A DNA stretch of 64,000 nucleotides from Olavius algarvensis Delta 4 endosymbiont (GTDB taxonomy: Bacteria > Desulfobacterota > Desulfobacteria > Desulfobacterales > CAJINA01), in the NCBI GenBank assembly GCA_905176665.1, contig CAJINA010000104.1:36699-100698 (forward strand), written 5' to 3'. The notes under the pieces were generated by a model. That model had not been told where the DNA came from. It worked only from the letters and a program-made list of their open reading frames with translations, and did no database searches. Of the stretch, positions 1 to 10,335 are shown piece by piece. A program made the position numbers and the translations under genes. Within the stretch, counting starts at the first letter, position 1, and each line of letters starts with the position of its first letter.

Positions 1-180
1 TACTGGCCTTGCGTTCCAGGGTGACTATTTTTGCAGTCTCATTGATACTCTGCATCGTCAGGTCGTTTATGCAGCTCTTTGAAACCTGTTCCTCAGGACC
101 AGGTTTTTAAAGAACTGAATAAATCAAAAGAAGGTACTTTCAATATCAAAGCAAAGTACTGCCTATACTGACTTTAACTC

Positions 181-2763
181 TCACTCTTTGGGGTATTTTT
201 CAGATTTCTCTATCCGACTTTGTATGTCACCAGCAGGTATTTCTAATGCAGAATTACTATCAATAGTTGAACGTATGTGAATATCGCGCTGTGGAAAGGC
301 GATCTCGATATTGCGTTCCTTGAAAAGGCGATCGATTTCAAAGCGCACGTCTGTTTCGACTTTGAGCATGTAGTCAACAGCGGTCCAAAAACGCAGCCTG
401 AATATCAGCGCGCTATTTCCGAAATCTGTGAACAGGACTTCGGGTGCCGGATGCTTCAAGACACGCTTTGTCTTCCCTGCTATCTCAAGCAGGGTTTCCC
501 GAACGAGTTCAATGTCCGAACCATAGGCAACCCCCACATCCACATTTCGTCGCAGGCGCCTGTCCTTAAAGCTCCAGTTTGTTACCTGGCGGCTGATAAA
601 CTCAGAATTAGGAATTATCAGGGAAGCGTTATCGTAGGATTGAACAACGGTGGAACGTACGTTGATTTTTTTTACGGTTGCCCAGGTACCATTGACTTCA
701 ACATCATCGCCCACCTGGATCGGTCGCTCGAAAAGCAGAATGATGCCGGAAATGAAATTATTGACTATGTTCTGAAGGCCAAAACCAATACCAATACCAA
801 GCCCGCCTAAAACCACGGCCATCGTTGCCATATTCAATCCAAACACGTGCATCGCAATGGTAATACCCAAAAACCAGATGCCATAGACGGTGATAGAGGT
901 TATCGAATCTTGCAGACCAATTTCCATGCCACTGCGATTCAGGAATTTATTTTGAAATACCCAGCGCCAAAGCCGGGTAATGCCGTGGGTCGCCAAAAGA
1001 ATCAATACAGAATAAATCAAACCCAGAAAACTGAACGTCATACTCCCGATTTTCAGTGGATATCCCAGAAACTCATAAATTTTAAACAAGACGGCTCGTT
1101 GGCCGCCCCAGGCAAGGATGAGAACAACCACCAGGGAAAGTGCACAGGCAAGTTGCCCGAAGCGAATCATGAGCCATTGCCAGGGATATTCGTCCTGCAG
1201 CAGTTCATTTTTTTGGCTGACGCTTTTCTCCCGGTAATAATGATCCCACTCCTGCAGCATCGTATAAAAACCGATCCAGCATAAAATCACGATAATGCTC
1301 CGGCCCCACGACACCAGCCAAAGAATTGCCAGGGGCCCATAGCCTACCAAATCCAAAATAAGGGCCGCCCCGCCAATCAGGTAACTGATTGCCTTAAGGG
1401 CGATAACCAGCGGTCGCCGGTTCTGATTTTCCCCAGGTTTGGATTTCAGACCAAAAGACATTCGGCGCCAGAAATTTAAAGCCCAGCCGATTAAAAATAA
1501 TTCAAAGGCGATTCTGATTAGCAGCAATAGGATTGAATCATTCCCCAGACTCCAGTTTGCAATGAGATAAATCCACCAGAAATATTGCACCAGGATTATC
1601 AAGCTCTTTAAGCGGGCTGATGTCTCATCCGACAGGGCCGGCCCCCAGTCCCAGGACTCAAGAAGCAACTTTAAAAAACGAGCACATATTAAAACCAACA
1701 ACAGTTTGGCCAAAAGTTGCAACGCGGCAGTAGATAAATATAAGACATCGAGATGTGAATAGATGTAAATAAGCACGGTAATCCCGGTAGTGAAAAACAA
1801 CGAATTTAACACTTGGACCGCCAGTTGGTGGCAGGGGCCCAATTTCTGTAAGATTACGTGCTCTGAAAGGCGGGTGATGCCCAGGGTCGCCCGTTTAAGC
1901 AAAATGATCAGCGCCCCGAGTAAAAAAAGAAAAGCAATCAGGACATTGCCGGAATTTTTCCAGAACCGCCGCAGGTCGGTTTGCCACTCGTGCGATCGTG
2001 TAAAAGCACCTATTTTCTTTGAAACCGAAGCCCACTCAGCTTCTAAAGCAGGCCTGGTTATATATGAAAACAGCCCCTGGCGGCGTTGAAAAAGATGCTG
2101 CTCATTAAGCTGTTCAAGCATGCCCTTAAATTTAACCGCCAGTTCAGAATACGCTTGATTAAGGTTGTTCAGCTGATCTAAACGCGACGCAATAATTGAA
2201 TTCAGCTGCAACAGCAATTTTTCTTTCTGGACCAGCAAATTAGATATTTCCCGGGTACGTGATTTGAGGCCCTCGACAACACTGGCCGGGGCGCTTATCT
2301 TCATCAGCTCACGCAGCTGTTTCTTATTTAAAGTCTTCTGCTGACCTATGTTTTCTATTGCCTGGGTGATGACATTCAAGCGCGGGGCATTTTCAGCAAC
2401 CATATCACGGACCTCATTGATTGAGGCCTGCAACTCCGTTTGCGCCTTTTGGACTGTAGCGATGGCAACACCCGAAGTCAGCAAAAGGCTCTCGTAGGTC
2501 GAAACCCTTAGCTGATAGCCATTTAGTGCTGCTGTAAAATAGAGCTTATCATGCTTTAGAAGGTTCAACTGCTCTTTAAAGCTCGCCACACTTGCTTTTT
2601 CTGCCGCTATGGACTCATCGACCGCCCGACCTAACTCTGCAAGATTCAGGGTCTGATCAGAGACAGGGGATTGCGCGTCTGCAGCATTTACCCCATATCC
2701 GCAAAGCCATGCAGCTGAGACCAGGATAAGTACCATATATGCAAAGACTTCTTTCTTGATCAT
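181..2763 (-). CDS. Mechanosensitive ion channel, MscS family (MscK/KefA-like, long N-terminal periplasmic coiled-coil domain plus multi-TM plus MscS core)
   Basis: 860-aa ORF; signal peptide; coiled-coil N-terminal half; about 10 TM helices; C-terminal MscS-type block GLQNIVNNFISGIILLFERPIQVGDDVEV...VRSTVV...IPNSEF typical of the MscS pore/beta-domain. Confidence 0.85.
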   Translation of the reverse strand: MIKKEVFAYMVLILVSAAWLCGYGVNAADAQSPVSDQTLNLAELGRAVDESIAAEKASVASFKEQLNLLKHDKLYFTAALNGYQLRVSTYESLLLTSGVAIATVQKAQTELQASINEVRDMVAENAPRLNVITQAIENIGQQKTLNKKQLRELMKISAPASVVEGLKSRTREISNLLVQKEKLLLQLNSIIASRLDQLNNLNQAYSELAVKFKGMLEQLNEQHLFQRRQGLFSYITRPALEAEWASVSKKIGAFTRSHEWQTDLRRFWKNSGNVLIAFLFLLGALIILLKRATLGITRLSEHVILQKLGPCHQLAVQVLNSLFFTTGITVLIYIYSHLDVLYLSTAALQLLAKLLLVLICARFLKLLLESWDWGPALSDETSARLKSLIILVQYFWWIYLIANWSLGNDSILLLLIRIAFELFLIGWALNFWRRMSFGLKSKPGENQNRRPLVIALKAISYLIGGAALILDLVGYGPLAILWLVSWGRSIIVILCWIGFYTMLQEWDHYYREKSVSQKNELLQDEYPWQWLMIRFGQLACALSLVVVLILAWGGQRAVLFKIYEFLGYPLKIGSMTFSFLGLIYSVLILLATHGITRLWRWVFQNKFLNRSGMEIGLQDSITSITVYGIWFLGITIAMHVFGLNMATMAVVLGGLGIGIGFGLQNIVNNFISGIILLFERPIQVGDDVEVNGTWATVKKINVRSTVVQSYDNASLIIPNSEFISRQVTNWSFKDRRLRRNVDVGVAYGSDIELVRETLLEIAGKTKRVLKHPAPEVLFTDFGNSALIFRLRFWTAVDYMLKVETDVRFEIDRLFKERNIEIAFPQRDIHIRSTIDSNSALEIPAGDIQSRIEKSEKYPKE

Positions 2764-2810
2764 GCCTATTGGCCTCTATACAAAATTGTCACTGATTAGA
2801 TTATCAGTAC

Positions 2811-3875
2811 CTAAAACCATTTCTTTTTCTTAAAATACAGTATCATGCCAGCTGCGATGGCTGCCATAGCAGACAGAGCAACAAAGTAACCGTGTTTCAT
2901 CTTCAGCTCAGGCATCCATTCAAAGTTCATCCCGTATATCCCGGCTATGAAAGTCAAGGGAATAAAGATGGTGGCCATAATGGTTAGCACCTGCATCACC
3001 TCGTTCATCCGGTTGCTGACGGTGGAAAGATACAGATCCTGCATACCTGAGAGGATATCTCGGAAAGAATCGATTGTGTCCGTCACCTGAATAAGATGAT
3101 CATATACATCTGAATAAAAGATCCCTGTGGACTCTTGAATTAGCGGGGATTCTGTCTTGATCAGCCGATTTACCATTTCTCGCATGGGCCAAACCTGCTT
3201 TCGAAACAAGATCATCTCGCGTTTTAGCTTGTGGATAGACTCAAGCCGGGAGGCACTCGGATTATCCATCAAATCTTGTTCAAAGCCTTCTATCTTTTCT
3301 CCCAAGCTTTCAAGGACTACAAAATAGTGATCCACGACAGCATCGATCAATGCATAGGCTAAATAACCAGCGCCCGCCGTGCGGATACGGCCTTTTCCTC
3401 TTTTGATCCGTTCACGGACAGGCTCAAATAGGTCACCCTCTGCTTCTTGAATGGAAATCACAAAACCGTCGCCCACAATCAGGCTGGTTTGCTCGGCTTT
3501 AACAACCCCGGCCTGCTGATCGAACACCAGCATTTTAAAGACCAGGTAAAGATAGTCTTCATAGTCATCGATTTTGGGGCGCTGTCGGGTGTTCACGATG
3601 TCTTCTAAGGTTAGTGGATGGATACCCACATCTTTGCCCAGCTGCCCTATGAATTCAACATCATGGATACCATTGACATTGTACCAGACAACCCCGACTT
3701 GCGTGCGAATCTGATTGAATTGCTCAGTCTCAACCGATTCGTTTTCTATCAGGTGACCCTCGTTATAGTGCGTAATTGAAGTGCTAGTCTGTTGAACCTT
3801 TTTTTCACCAACATGGATAAGGGCGCCGGGAGCGCCCCCAACCGGTTTGCGCGACTTTTTAAATAGTTTGGCCAT
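2811..3875 (-). CDS. corA: Magnesium/cobalt transporter CorA
   Basis: 354 aa; C-terminal two TM helices with canonical YGMNFEWMPEL (GMN motif) and a basic tail. Confidence 0.9.
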   Translation of the reverse strand: MAKLFKKSRKPVGGAPGALIHVGEKKVQQTSTSITHYNEGHLIENESVETEQFNQIRTQVGVVWYNVNGIHDVEFIGQLGKDVGIHPLTLEDIVNTRQRPKIDDYEDYLYLVFKMLVFDQQAGVVKAEQTSLIVGDGFVISIQEAEGDLFEPVRERIKRGKGRIRTAGAGYLAYALIDAVVDHYFVVLESLGEKIEGFEQDLMDNPSASRLESIHKLKREMILFRKQVWPMREMVNRLIKTESPLIQESTGIFYSDVYDHLIQVTDTIDSFRDILSGMQDLYLSTVSNRMNEVMQVLTIMATIFIPLTFIAGIYGMNFEWMPELKMKHGYFVALSAMAAIAAGMILYFKKKKWF

Positions 3876-4407
3876 TCGGTATTTGGTTATAATCTATAGA
3901 TTGCGATCTTGCTTTAGGTCTGAGCTTTTCGAATTGCGGTCACCTTGCCAGAAAACCAATATATCATACTTAGCAAAATGTTGTAACATGTGTAAATATG
4001 ACAGTTTTAAGAGAATTTAGGTATCAGGTTTCTTTAGAGAGGGATAGACGTGCATTCTGCTAAAGATATTTGCATAGAACTTTTTACATTTAGACAAGCT
4101 TTGTATATGCGGGCCGCCAATTAATGGGTAACTCCGTAACAATTCCGGATTTCATCGAATTGCTCGCTGCCGGGCTTACCAGCGCGGGATTGACCAAGTT
4201 TGAATGATTCCCTTCCGCATACGCTTCCTCCCATTTTTTTAGGACTGCGGCTCCCTGCCTGAAATAAACGCGGTAATACGCACTTGCCGCAACTGCGGCT
4301 TGCAATTACACCTGAGGTCCCATATTGAGGGGATGGTTTCTTCCAAATATTATGGTTTTATCAGAAAACTGGGCACGGAATCGAACTTGAAAGCATCGGG
4401 TACGAAA

Positions 4408-5733
4408 ATGGAACCACCATCAAACGCAAAGAACCCAATCCCGTCGGCACCTTTCAGGCAGACCCTGAAATTCTGGACCCGTCTGGGGTTCATCAGTTTC
4501 GGCGGCCCGGCCGGCCAGATTGCCATGATGCACCGGGAGGTGGTTGAGAAGCGCGGCTGGCTGGGTGAGAACCAGTTTCTACGGGCCCTCAATTTCTGCA
4601 TGCTCTTGCCCGGTCCTGAGGCCCAGCAGCTGGCCACCTACATCGGCTGGCGGCTGAATGGCGTGCTGGGCGGCCTTGCGGCCGGTGCGCTCTTTGTCAT
4701 CCCGTCGATTTTCGTTATGCTGCTGCTCAGTTACCTGGCGGTGGCCCACTACGATGTCCGGGCTGTTGCGGCGGCCTTCTACGGCATCCAGCCGGTTGTC
4801 GTCGCCGTGGTGATCGAAGCCGTGCTGCGCATCGGCAAAAAGGCGCTCAACCACTGGGCGCTGTATGGATTTGCCGTCCTGGCGTTTGCGGCCATATTTG
4901 TTTTCAAAGCCCCCTTTCCTTACGTGGTTGCCGGGGCGGCCTGCGGCGGTCTACTCATGCAGCGCCGTCTGCCCCAGGTATTTTGCAGGGGTGATTTCGA
5001 TCCGGAGTCCGGCGAATGCCGCATCGCGATCGAGCCGGCTGGCGCCAATAAAATAGCCCCGCCCTCCGGGGCCCACCTGATTCGGGTTTCCCTTATCTGC
5101 TTTGCATTATGGGTCGCAGTGGTAGGCGCTGTCTGGGCCTGGCAGGGCGGCAGCGGCATTTTGACCCAGATCGCCCTCTTTTTCACCAAGGCGGCGTTTG
5201 TCACCTTCGGGGGGGCCTACGCAGTGCTGAGTTACATCAACGAAGTGGCGGTCGGCAGCGGCTGGTTGAGCAGCGGCCAGATGCTCATCGGCCTCGGCCT
5301 GGCGGAAACCACGCCCGGCCCATTGATCATGGTGACGCAGTACGTGGGTTTTCTGGGGGCCTGGCATCTGCCTGGCGGGCTTTCACCGCTGACCGCCGGC
5401 GTCCTGGGCGCCCTGCTGACGACTTATGTCACCTTTTTACCCTGCTTCTTCTTCATCTTCGCCGGCGCGCCCTACATCGAGACGATGGCGGAAAGCGAAA
5501 AACTCCAGGCGGCGCTCACCGGTGTCACAGCTGCCGTGGTCGGGGTTATCCTGAACCTGGCGGTCTGGTTCGGCTACAAGGTAATCTGGCCGGCCCAGGG
5601 CATTGACCTTTATGCCCTGAGCGTGTCAGGGGTCTCCCTGCTCTTGCTCCAGAAATTCCACCTGCCCATCCAGTACCTGATACCCATCGCCGCAGCTGCC
5701 GGAATCATTTGGAAGTTGATGATCGTGGGATAG
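4408..5733 (+). CDS. chrA: Chromate ion transporter (CHR family), duplicated-halves type
   Basis: FGGPAGQIAMMHREVVEKRGWL motif in the first half and FGGAYAVLSYINEVAV... in the second half, about 12 TM helices. Start is uncertain: the ORF opens at 4300, an internal ATG is at 4408. Confidence 0.8.
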   Translation: MEPPSNAKNPIPSAPFRQTLKFWTRLGFISFGGPAGQIAMMHREVVEKRGWLGENQFLRALNFCMLLPGPEAQQLATYIGWRLNGVLGGLAAGALFVIPSIFVMLLLSYLAVAHYDVRAVAAAFYGIQPVVVAVVIEAVLRIGKKALNHWALYGFAVLAFAAIFVFKAPFPYVVAGAACGGLLMQRRLPQVFCRGDFDPESGECRIAIEPAGANKIAPPSGAHLIRVSLICFALWVAVVGAVWAWQGGSGILTQIALFFTKAAFVTFGGAYAVLSYINEVAVGSGWLSSGQMLIGLGLAETTPGPLIMVTQYVGFLGAWHLPGGLSPLTAGVLGALLTTYVTFLPCFFFIFAGAPYIETMAESEKLQAALTGVTAAVVGVILNLAVWFGYKVIWPAQGIDLYALSVSGVSLLLLQKFHLPIQYLIPIAAAAGIIWKLMIVG

Positions 5734-5900
5734 AAAAGCAGCCAGGTTGCCCTGTTCATCCTGCCAGTCCTGTTGGCAGTATTCTTACCGAACTGAAAAA
5801 CAAAAACTCACTGGTGTTGCGTCTCATAAGTTTCTTATTTAATGACACTGCCGTAGTGGTGATTGTGAACACCTTAAAAATTCGAAATCCGAATATCGGC

Positions 5901-6058
5901 ATGTTCTCAAAGCGAACGCCGCAAATTCGAAACAATAAAGCAAATCAGAATGACCAAAAAATTCGAAAAACACCTATTGTAACAGCTACCAAGTTTCTGT
6001 TTTGGTCATTTAGACATTTGAATTTTAGATTTGTTTGGGGCGTTCGCCTTGAGAACAT
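5901..6058. repeat. Nested imperfect palindrome (about 160 nt) containing four TTCGAA-centred mini-palindromes
   Basis: Outer arms atgttctcaaagcgaacgcc (5901-5920) and ggcgttcgccttgagaacat (6039-6058) are 19/20 complementary. Inner arms aatgaccaaaa / ttttggtcatt. AAATTCGAAA-type palindromes recur four times in 5880-6070. Confidence 0.6.
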
Positions 6059-6147
6059 TTCGAAATTAGTCACCTCATTAACTCGATATCGAGCGGGCCG
6101 AATTTATTTGCCTTATTTGCGGCGACGGTAAAGAAAATTGGTGTCGT

Positions 6148-7221
6148 CTAAACGACCCTGCTTTCATCGCGCAATTCTACTTTGGAGATCTTCCAGTAAT
6201 CATTCACCGGGATCAGGGTCACCCCCGCTTTGTAGGTATTGCAGCGATAGTGGATGTGGTCCAGGTGCTTTACGGTGCCATAGGCGTCCCAGTTCACAAC
6301 GACATTGATGGTCCCATTGTGCCTGTGGGTCATGGATTCGATCGATTTGATATCCAAACGATCAATGATGCTCAATGTCCCTTTGCTGGCACCTGTCCGG
6401 AAGGTCTCCCTATTTTGCAGGTAGACCTGCTCTATAAAATCACCCGCGACACTTCTGGATAAAACCGCATAAACTTCATCATCATTTTCCAATATAAAGG
6501 CCCTGTAGGTGTTTAACAAGAGACCCTGTAAAACCCGCTTGGTCTCGGTTTCCGTAAGGTTTCTGGCCCCCCAAAGTTCGCCGGAATCAATGCGGCTCCC
6601 CAGGGCATGCCCGCTGAAACTTCCCGCTATCAGGGCAATAGCGCAGAGCAAAACGCCCCTTTTACGGGCATTCGGGGTCAAGCTCAAAAGATAGGCCACC
6701 ATGAAGAACACGACGTATAGCCAGGGTGTTGCGGCCAGGAAACTGTCTTCTAACGGGTTTACCCTTAAGCTGCCCGATGTCTCGCGAGCCGGAACGACAG
6801 CCTGGGTTTTGGTTGGCCGCAGAACCATACGATGTAGTGAACCGTCCACAAGTTGAATGCGTACCAGGGCATCCGTCGTTGTTTCTTCAAGCCCTGATAT
6901 GCCGATAGTCGACCCGGCCAGAGCCTGCCCGCCGCAAACCATGGTCCATTTTTCGATTTGAGCCCTGGGTACCTGCACCCGGCTTTTAGGAGAGGTGGCA
7001 ATAAACGTTTTCGGGAACTTCGGTCGGACATGCGCTGGTATCTTCTGGTTCAGCGGCACTTTCCAGACAACCCGGAGGGTATCGGGCTTGAACTCTTCGA
7101 TCTCGAGATAAACCGGTTGGACGTTATCGGCCACGCAGACAGCCGGGCCGAAGATTGCGCCAATCAGGAGCAGGAGGCTGACTGCTTTTTGGGTAAGGCT
7201 ATTTTTACTTGCGGTCATCAT
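6148..7221 (-). CDS. Hypothetical secreted/membrane-anchored protein
   Basis: 357-aa ORF with N-terminal signal/TM segment and one internal TM. No recognisable catalytic motif. Translationally coupled to the upstream PPIase-like gene (4-nt overlap). Confidence 0.5.
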   Translation of the reverse strand: MMTASKNSLTQKAVSLLLLIGAIFGPAVCVADNVQPVYLEIEEFKPDTLRVVWKVPLNQKIPAHVRPKFPKTFIATSPKSRVQVPRAQIEKWTMVCGGQALAGSTIGISGLEETTTDALVRIQLVDGSLHRMVLRPTKTQAVVPARETSGSLRVNPLEDSFLAATPWLYVVFFMVAYLLSLTPNARKRGVLLCAIALIAGSFSGHALGSRIDSGELWGARNLTETETKRVLQGLLLNTYRAFILENDDEVYAVLSRSVAGDFIEQVYLQNRETFRTGASKGTLSIIDRLDIKSIESMTHRHNGTINVVVNWDAYGTVKHLDHIHYRCNTYKAGVTLIPVNDYWKISKVELRDESRVV

Positions 7222-8135
7222 TGATTCACATCCAGGTCATAGGGCATCCCCTCAACCAGAACCTGATACCGTGTCCGCATGTTCAGGTAGCCCTGGGCCG
7301 CCAGTTCTCGCTCCCTGGCAGCCAACCAGTCCATTTTGAGACGCTCAGCCAGTTCGCCGAACGCCGGCAGGCTTGATTCCGTCCGCGCTTGAACATAAAC
7401 CGCATGCAGGCCGTACCCGGAAGTGACCGGCCCCTGCCATTTCCCGGACGACAGCTGCCAGATCTCCCTGGCAAAGCGTTCGCCGAATTCGTCCCTTACC
7501 TTAGTGATCGGTTTGTTGGTATGTCGTGCGGGCAGGAGAAGAGCATCACCCAGGGACGACAGATCCGGCGAATTTGATCCATGTTCGTTTAGCCATGCAA
7601 TCAGGTTTTTAGCTGCTTGGGCCGCGTCGGATGGCCCGCGCTTATCCGCATTGAAATAAATTTGGGTAAAGTTGATAAGACGCGGGGTTTCGTAGGCCTG
7701 CCGGTTTCCCCGGAGGTAGGCCCGCAGTTCGCTTTCCGAAGGGTCAGCGATCGCCGACAGGTCTTTGAAGAGAAAATCCATCTTCTGAGCCAGCCGGCGC
7801 CGCACGACCGTATCATCCGTATCCAACCCCATGGCAACCGCTTCACGGCTGAGAATCTGCTCTCGGATGAATTGGTTGACCTGGCCACGCAGTTCTTCTG
7901 TGGTGGGTTGGCGCCCCATCCGTGTATGCCACATGGTGCGGAACCACTCGATTTCGGCCGAGGTCACCTCCACCAATAAAGGATCATCCACCGGTTTGGC
8001 GTTTACACCAAGAAAGCTGTAGAGGCCGAAAACCACCAGGCCCAGAACAAAGAAATGGACAAGCGGCTCCCAAAGCCACCTTTTCAGTAGCGAGCGTTGA
8101 TTTGGTGATGACGGTGGGGACTTCATGCCACCCAC
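7218..8135 (-). CDS. Peptidyl-prolyl cis-trans isomerase, parvulin-like with SurA-N-like chaperone region (membrane anchored)
   Basis: N-terminal TM anchor. C-terminal region WQGPVTSGYGLHAVYV resembles the parvulin G-x-G-x-H-I-I-K-V signature. Confidence 0.5.
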   Translation of the reverse strand: MGGMKSPPSSPNQRSLLKRWLWEPLVHFFVLGLVVFGLYSFLGVNAKPVDDPLLVEVTSAEIEWFRTMWHTRMGRQPTTEELRGQVNQFIREQILSREAVAMGLDTDDTVVRRRLAQKMDFLFKDLSAIADPSESELRAYLRGNRQAYETPRLINFTQIYFNADKRGPSDAAQAAKNLIAWLNEHGSNSPDLSSLGDALLLPARHTNKPITKVRDEFGERFAREIWQLSSGKWQGPVTSGYGLHAVYVQARTESSLPAFGELAERLKMDWLAARERELAAQGYLNMRTRYQVLVEGMPYDLDVNQ

Positions 8136-8181
8136 CGCACATTATCCAGATGACGGCATCTCGACACGCAGGCTCCTCTCT

Positions 8182-10140
8182 TTACTCAGGCGTATACCAG
8201 ATCGGACTGGTATAGGCCCTTTCCTGGGTGGTCATGGGAACCTCTTTGGACAGCTGCACGCCGAAACGCTTGGCGTCATAAGCCGTCCAGCGCGGCGTCG
8301 GTATCTCGATCACGCGGGCATAGTAAATGGCCCTATGCTTTGGATCAAAATCCGGGTCCCGCCAGGTGGTGATCAACTCGGGATCGCCAATGGTGTTGGC
8401 CCAGGTGGCATTCTCCACATTCACCGTGTTACCGACCGGCGTCAGCTTGCCCTGCAGATCCCTTTTGCGGCGATGGGTGTCGCCCCAGGCCACGTTGTAC
8501 ACCTTTTCATGGGTTTTGCCTTTGTTGTCGAGCCAGCCTTTAACAATCTGGATGCGGTCAAGATTGGCGCCGTAAGGATCCTTTAGCGCAGCGACCAGAA
8601 AGGTCGGGGCGCTTACGTCTTTCGGCTTGGCGGACAGGTCGCCCCCCATGGGCACACCTTTGGCGTAGCCGACTTCGGCTGGCAGGCGGCTTTGCGCATC
8701 CGCTTCGACAAAATCCCACCCCCCCCAAAAACGCACCAGCATGCGCGGGCCGGTAGTAGCGTACACTTCCTTGCGCTTCATGGCATCGAATAGGGCCTTG
8801 CGGGTGTTGTCCGTGGCCCATACAGCGGCATAACCTGATGAAGCCATGGCATAACCTTCGTACTGCCGGCCGGCAAATTTGGCCATTGGGTGGTTCCAGC
8901 GATCGGGTGTCGGCTCGGTACCGGCATGCTTACCAATGTAGTTGTCTTCCTCGACCGCAGCCAGGGCCGTGTGGGTGTCACTGGAGCCGACCATGCCGAA
9001 CTTGTAAGGGTTGGTGCCGAGTTTAGTGGCCAACTTGAGCCCGTTTTTTAGTGCTTCGCGGGCGTATTCATACTGCAGCATGCTGTTTTTTTTCGGCACC
9101 GTCAGGTTCAGGTTGCCCAGAGCCAGGGTTTCGTAGTCGGCAAATTCATCGTCCGATGACAGCAATGGGTGGGTCTCGCCGTCGCCCTTGATCTGGGTTA
9201 CCTCGTAAAGCGGCTCCCAACGGATGCGCTCGGCCGCATAGCCCTTGGTAAGCGGTTTGCCGGTGGCCGGATTTCTCTCCACGGGAAACATGATCCCATT
9301 GGACATGTTGCCGTTATGGGCCAGGGCCAGCACCTGTCCGCCGGTGGTCTCCTCGTAGCGACGCATCCATTTCCAAAGATCCTCGGGATTGAAGCTCTCG
9401 GCAGTCGTGTAAGGGACCACCCGGCGGGCGCGTTCGCCGCCATCACGATAGAGGACATTGCGATGCAGGTTGTTGCCTTTCTCGGTCGAGGTCCACTCGT
9501 AGCCGATGATGGTCGTGAAAGTACCTGGATCGTTGAAGCGCTCAGCGATTTCGATATAGTCGTCCCACACCGTCTGCTGAAAAGTCTTATCGAGTATGAC
9601 GGCGGGCACCTTACCCTGGGAAAAGGCGTTGATCACTTCCATCGTGGCATTAAAAGCCGCCTCCCCCCCCTCGCGAAAAGCCTCGTGCCATTTACGGACC
9701 TGGGGGTCTTTCAGCAGGTTGGGATTGCCGGCGATGACTTCCTTCATGGCTCCCATACCGTCGGAGTGGTCCGAAACGACGAGCCAATCGAGCGGGCGGG
9801 AGAGTTTAAACGGCATGCCACTGCTGGTAACAACCTCTTCACCGCGGGCAAAGCGGTATGCTTCCTCCGGCCCAATCGTCACCCCGAATCCCCGTGCATC
9901 CAGCGAGTTGTCAGTGTGTACATGGGTATCGCCCCAATAGACCTGGGTCGGAAAACCGCGACCGGCATAGGGCGAATAACTGGGTTTCTTAATCCCCTGC
10001 TTGACGCTCTTCTGATCAGCCTTAACGGCCCCGGCATAATCAGCATGGGCATATCCGGGTAAGGCTAAAACCAGTAGCACCAGCATCGTGAAAGTCATCG
10101 TCAATGCAGTAATCAATTGCAGTCGCAATGAGGTTACCAT
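8182..10140 (-). CDS. DUF3604 family secreted protein
   Basis: 652 aa, signal peptide, WGDTHVHTDNSLDARGFG metal-binding-like N-terminal motif characteristic of DUF3604, Trp-rich. Confidence 0.7.
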   Translation of the reverse strand: MVTSLRLQLITALTMTFTMLVLLVLALPGYAHADYAGAVKADQKSVKQGIKKPSYSPYAGRGFPTQVYWGDTHVHTDNSLDARGFGVTIGPEEAYRFARGEEVVTSSGMPFKLSRPLDWLVVSDHSDGMGAMKEVIAGNPNLLKDPQVRKWHEAFREGGEAAFNATMEVINAFSQGKVPAVILDKTFQQTVWDDYIEIAERFNDPGTFTTIIGYEWTSTEKGNNLHRNVLYRDGGERARRVVPYTTAESFNPEDLWKWMRRYEETTGGQVLALAHNGNMSNGIMFPVERNPATGKPLTKGYAAERIRWEPLYEVTQIKGDGETHPLLSSDDEFADYETLALGNLNLTVPKKNSMLQYEYAREALKNGLKLATKLGTNPYKFGMVGSSDTHTALAAVEEDNYIGKHAGTEPTPDRWNHPMAKFAGRQYEGYAMASSGYAAVWATDNTRKALFDAMKRKEVYATTGPRMLVRFWGGWDFVEADAQSRLPAEVGYAKGVPMGGDLSAKPKDVSAPTFLVAALKDPYGANLDRIQIVKGWLDNKGKTHEKVYNVAWGDTHRRKRDLQGKLTPVGNTVNVENATWANTIGDPELITTWRDPDFDPKHRAIYYARVIEIPTPRWTAYDAKRFGVQLSKEVPMTTQERAYTSPIWYTPE

Positions 10141-10335
10141 ATCGTTTCCTCCTGTAACTTGTGGCCGTCAAAGGCCGAGGTAGGGTATTTGTGAAAGGCA
10201 GTACAGCCATCTGATCATCTATATTTTAAAAACGATAATTATCATGGGCCGTATAGTCAAACGTTTCTGAAGTCTTAATCTGTTATTAACAGTAGGTTAA
10301 CGGTTTCAGTATAAGCAGCGCGATCGAATGCGCCG

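Noticed and set aside
277-2089. Plus-strand ORFs (277-810, 847-1284, 1790-2089) inside the MscK-like gene
   Set aside because: They lie entirely within a well-supported 860-aa minus-strand CDS. They have no motifs and are typical antisense ORFs of GC-rich DNA.
4090-4305. 71-aa minus-strand ORF between corA and chrA
   Set aside because: No SD, no motif, and it overlaps the likely chrA promoter/5' region. Insufficient support.
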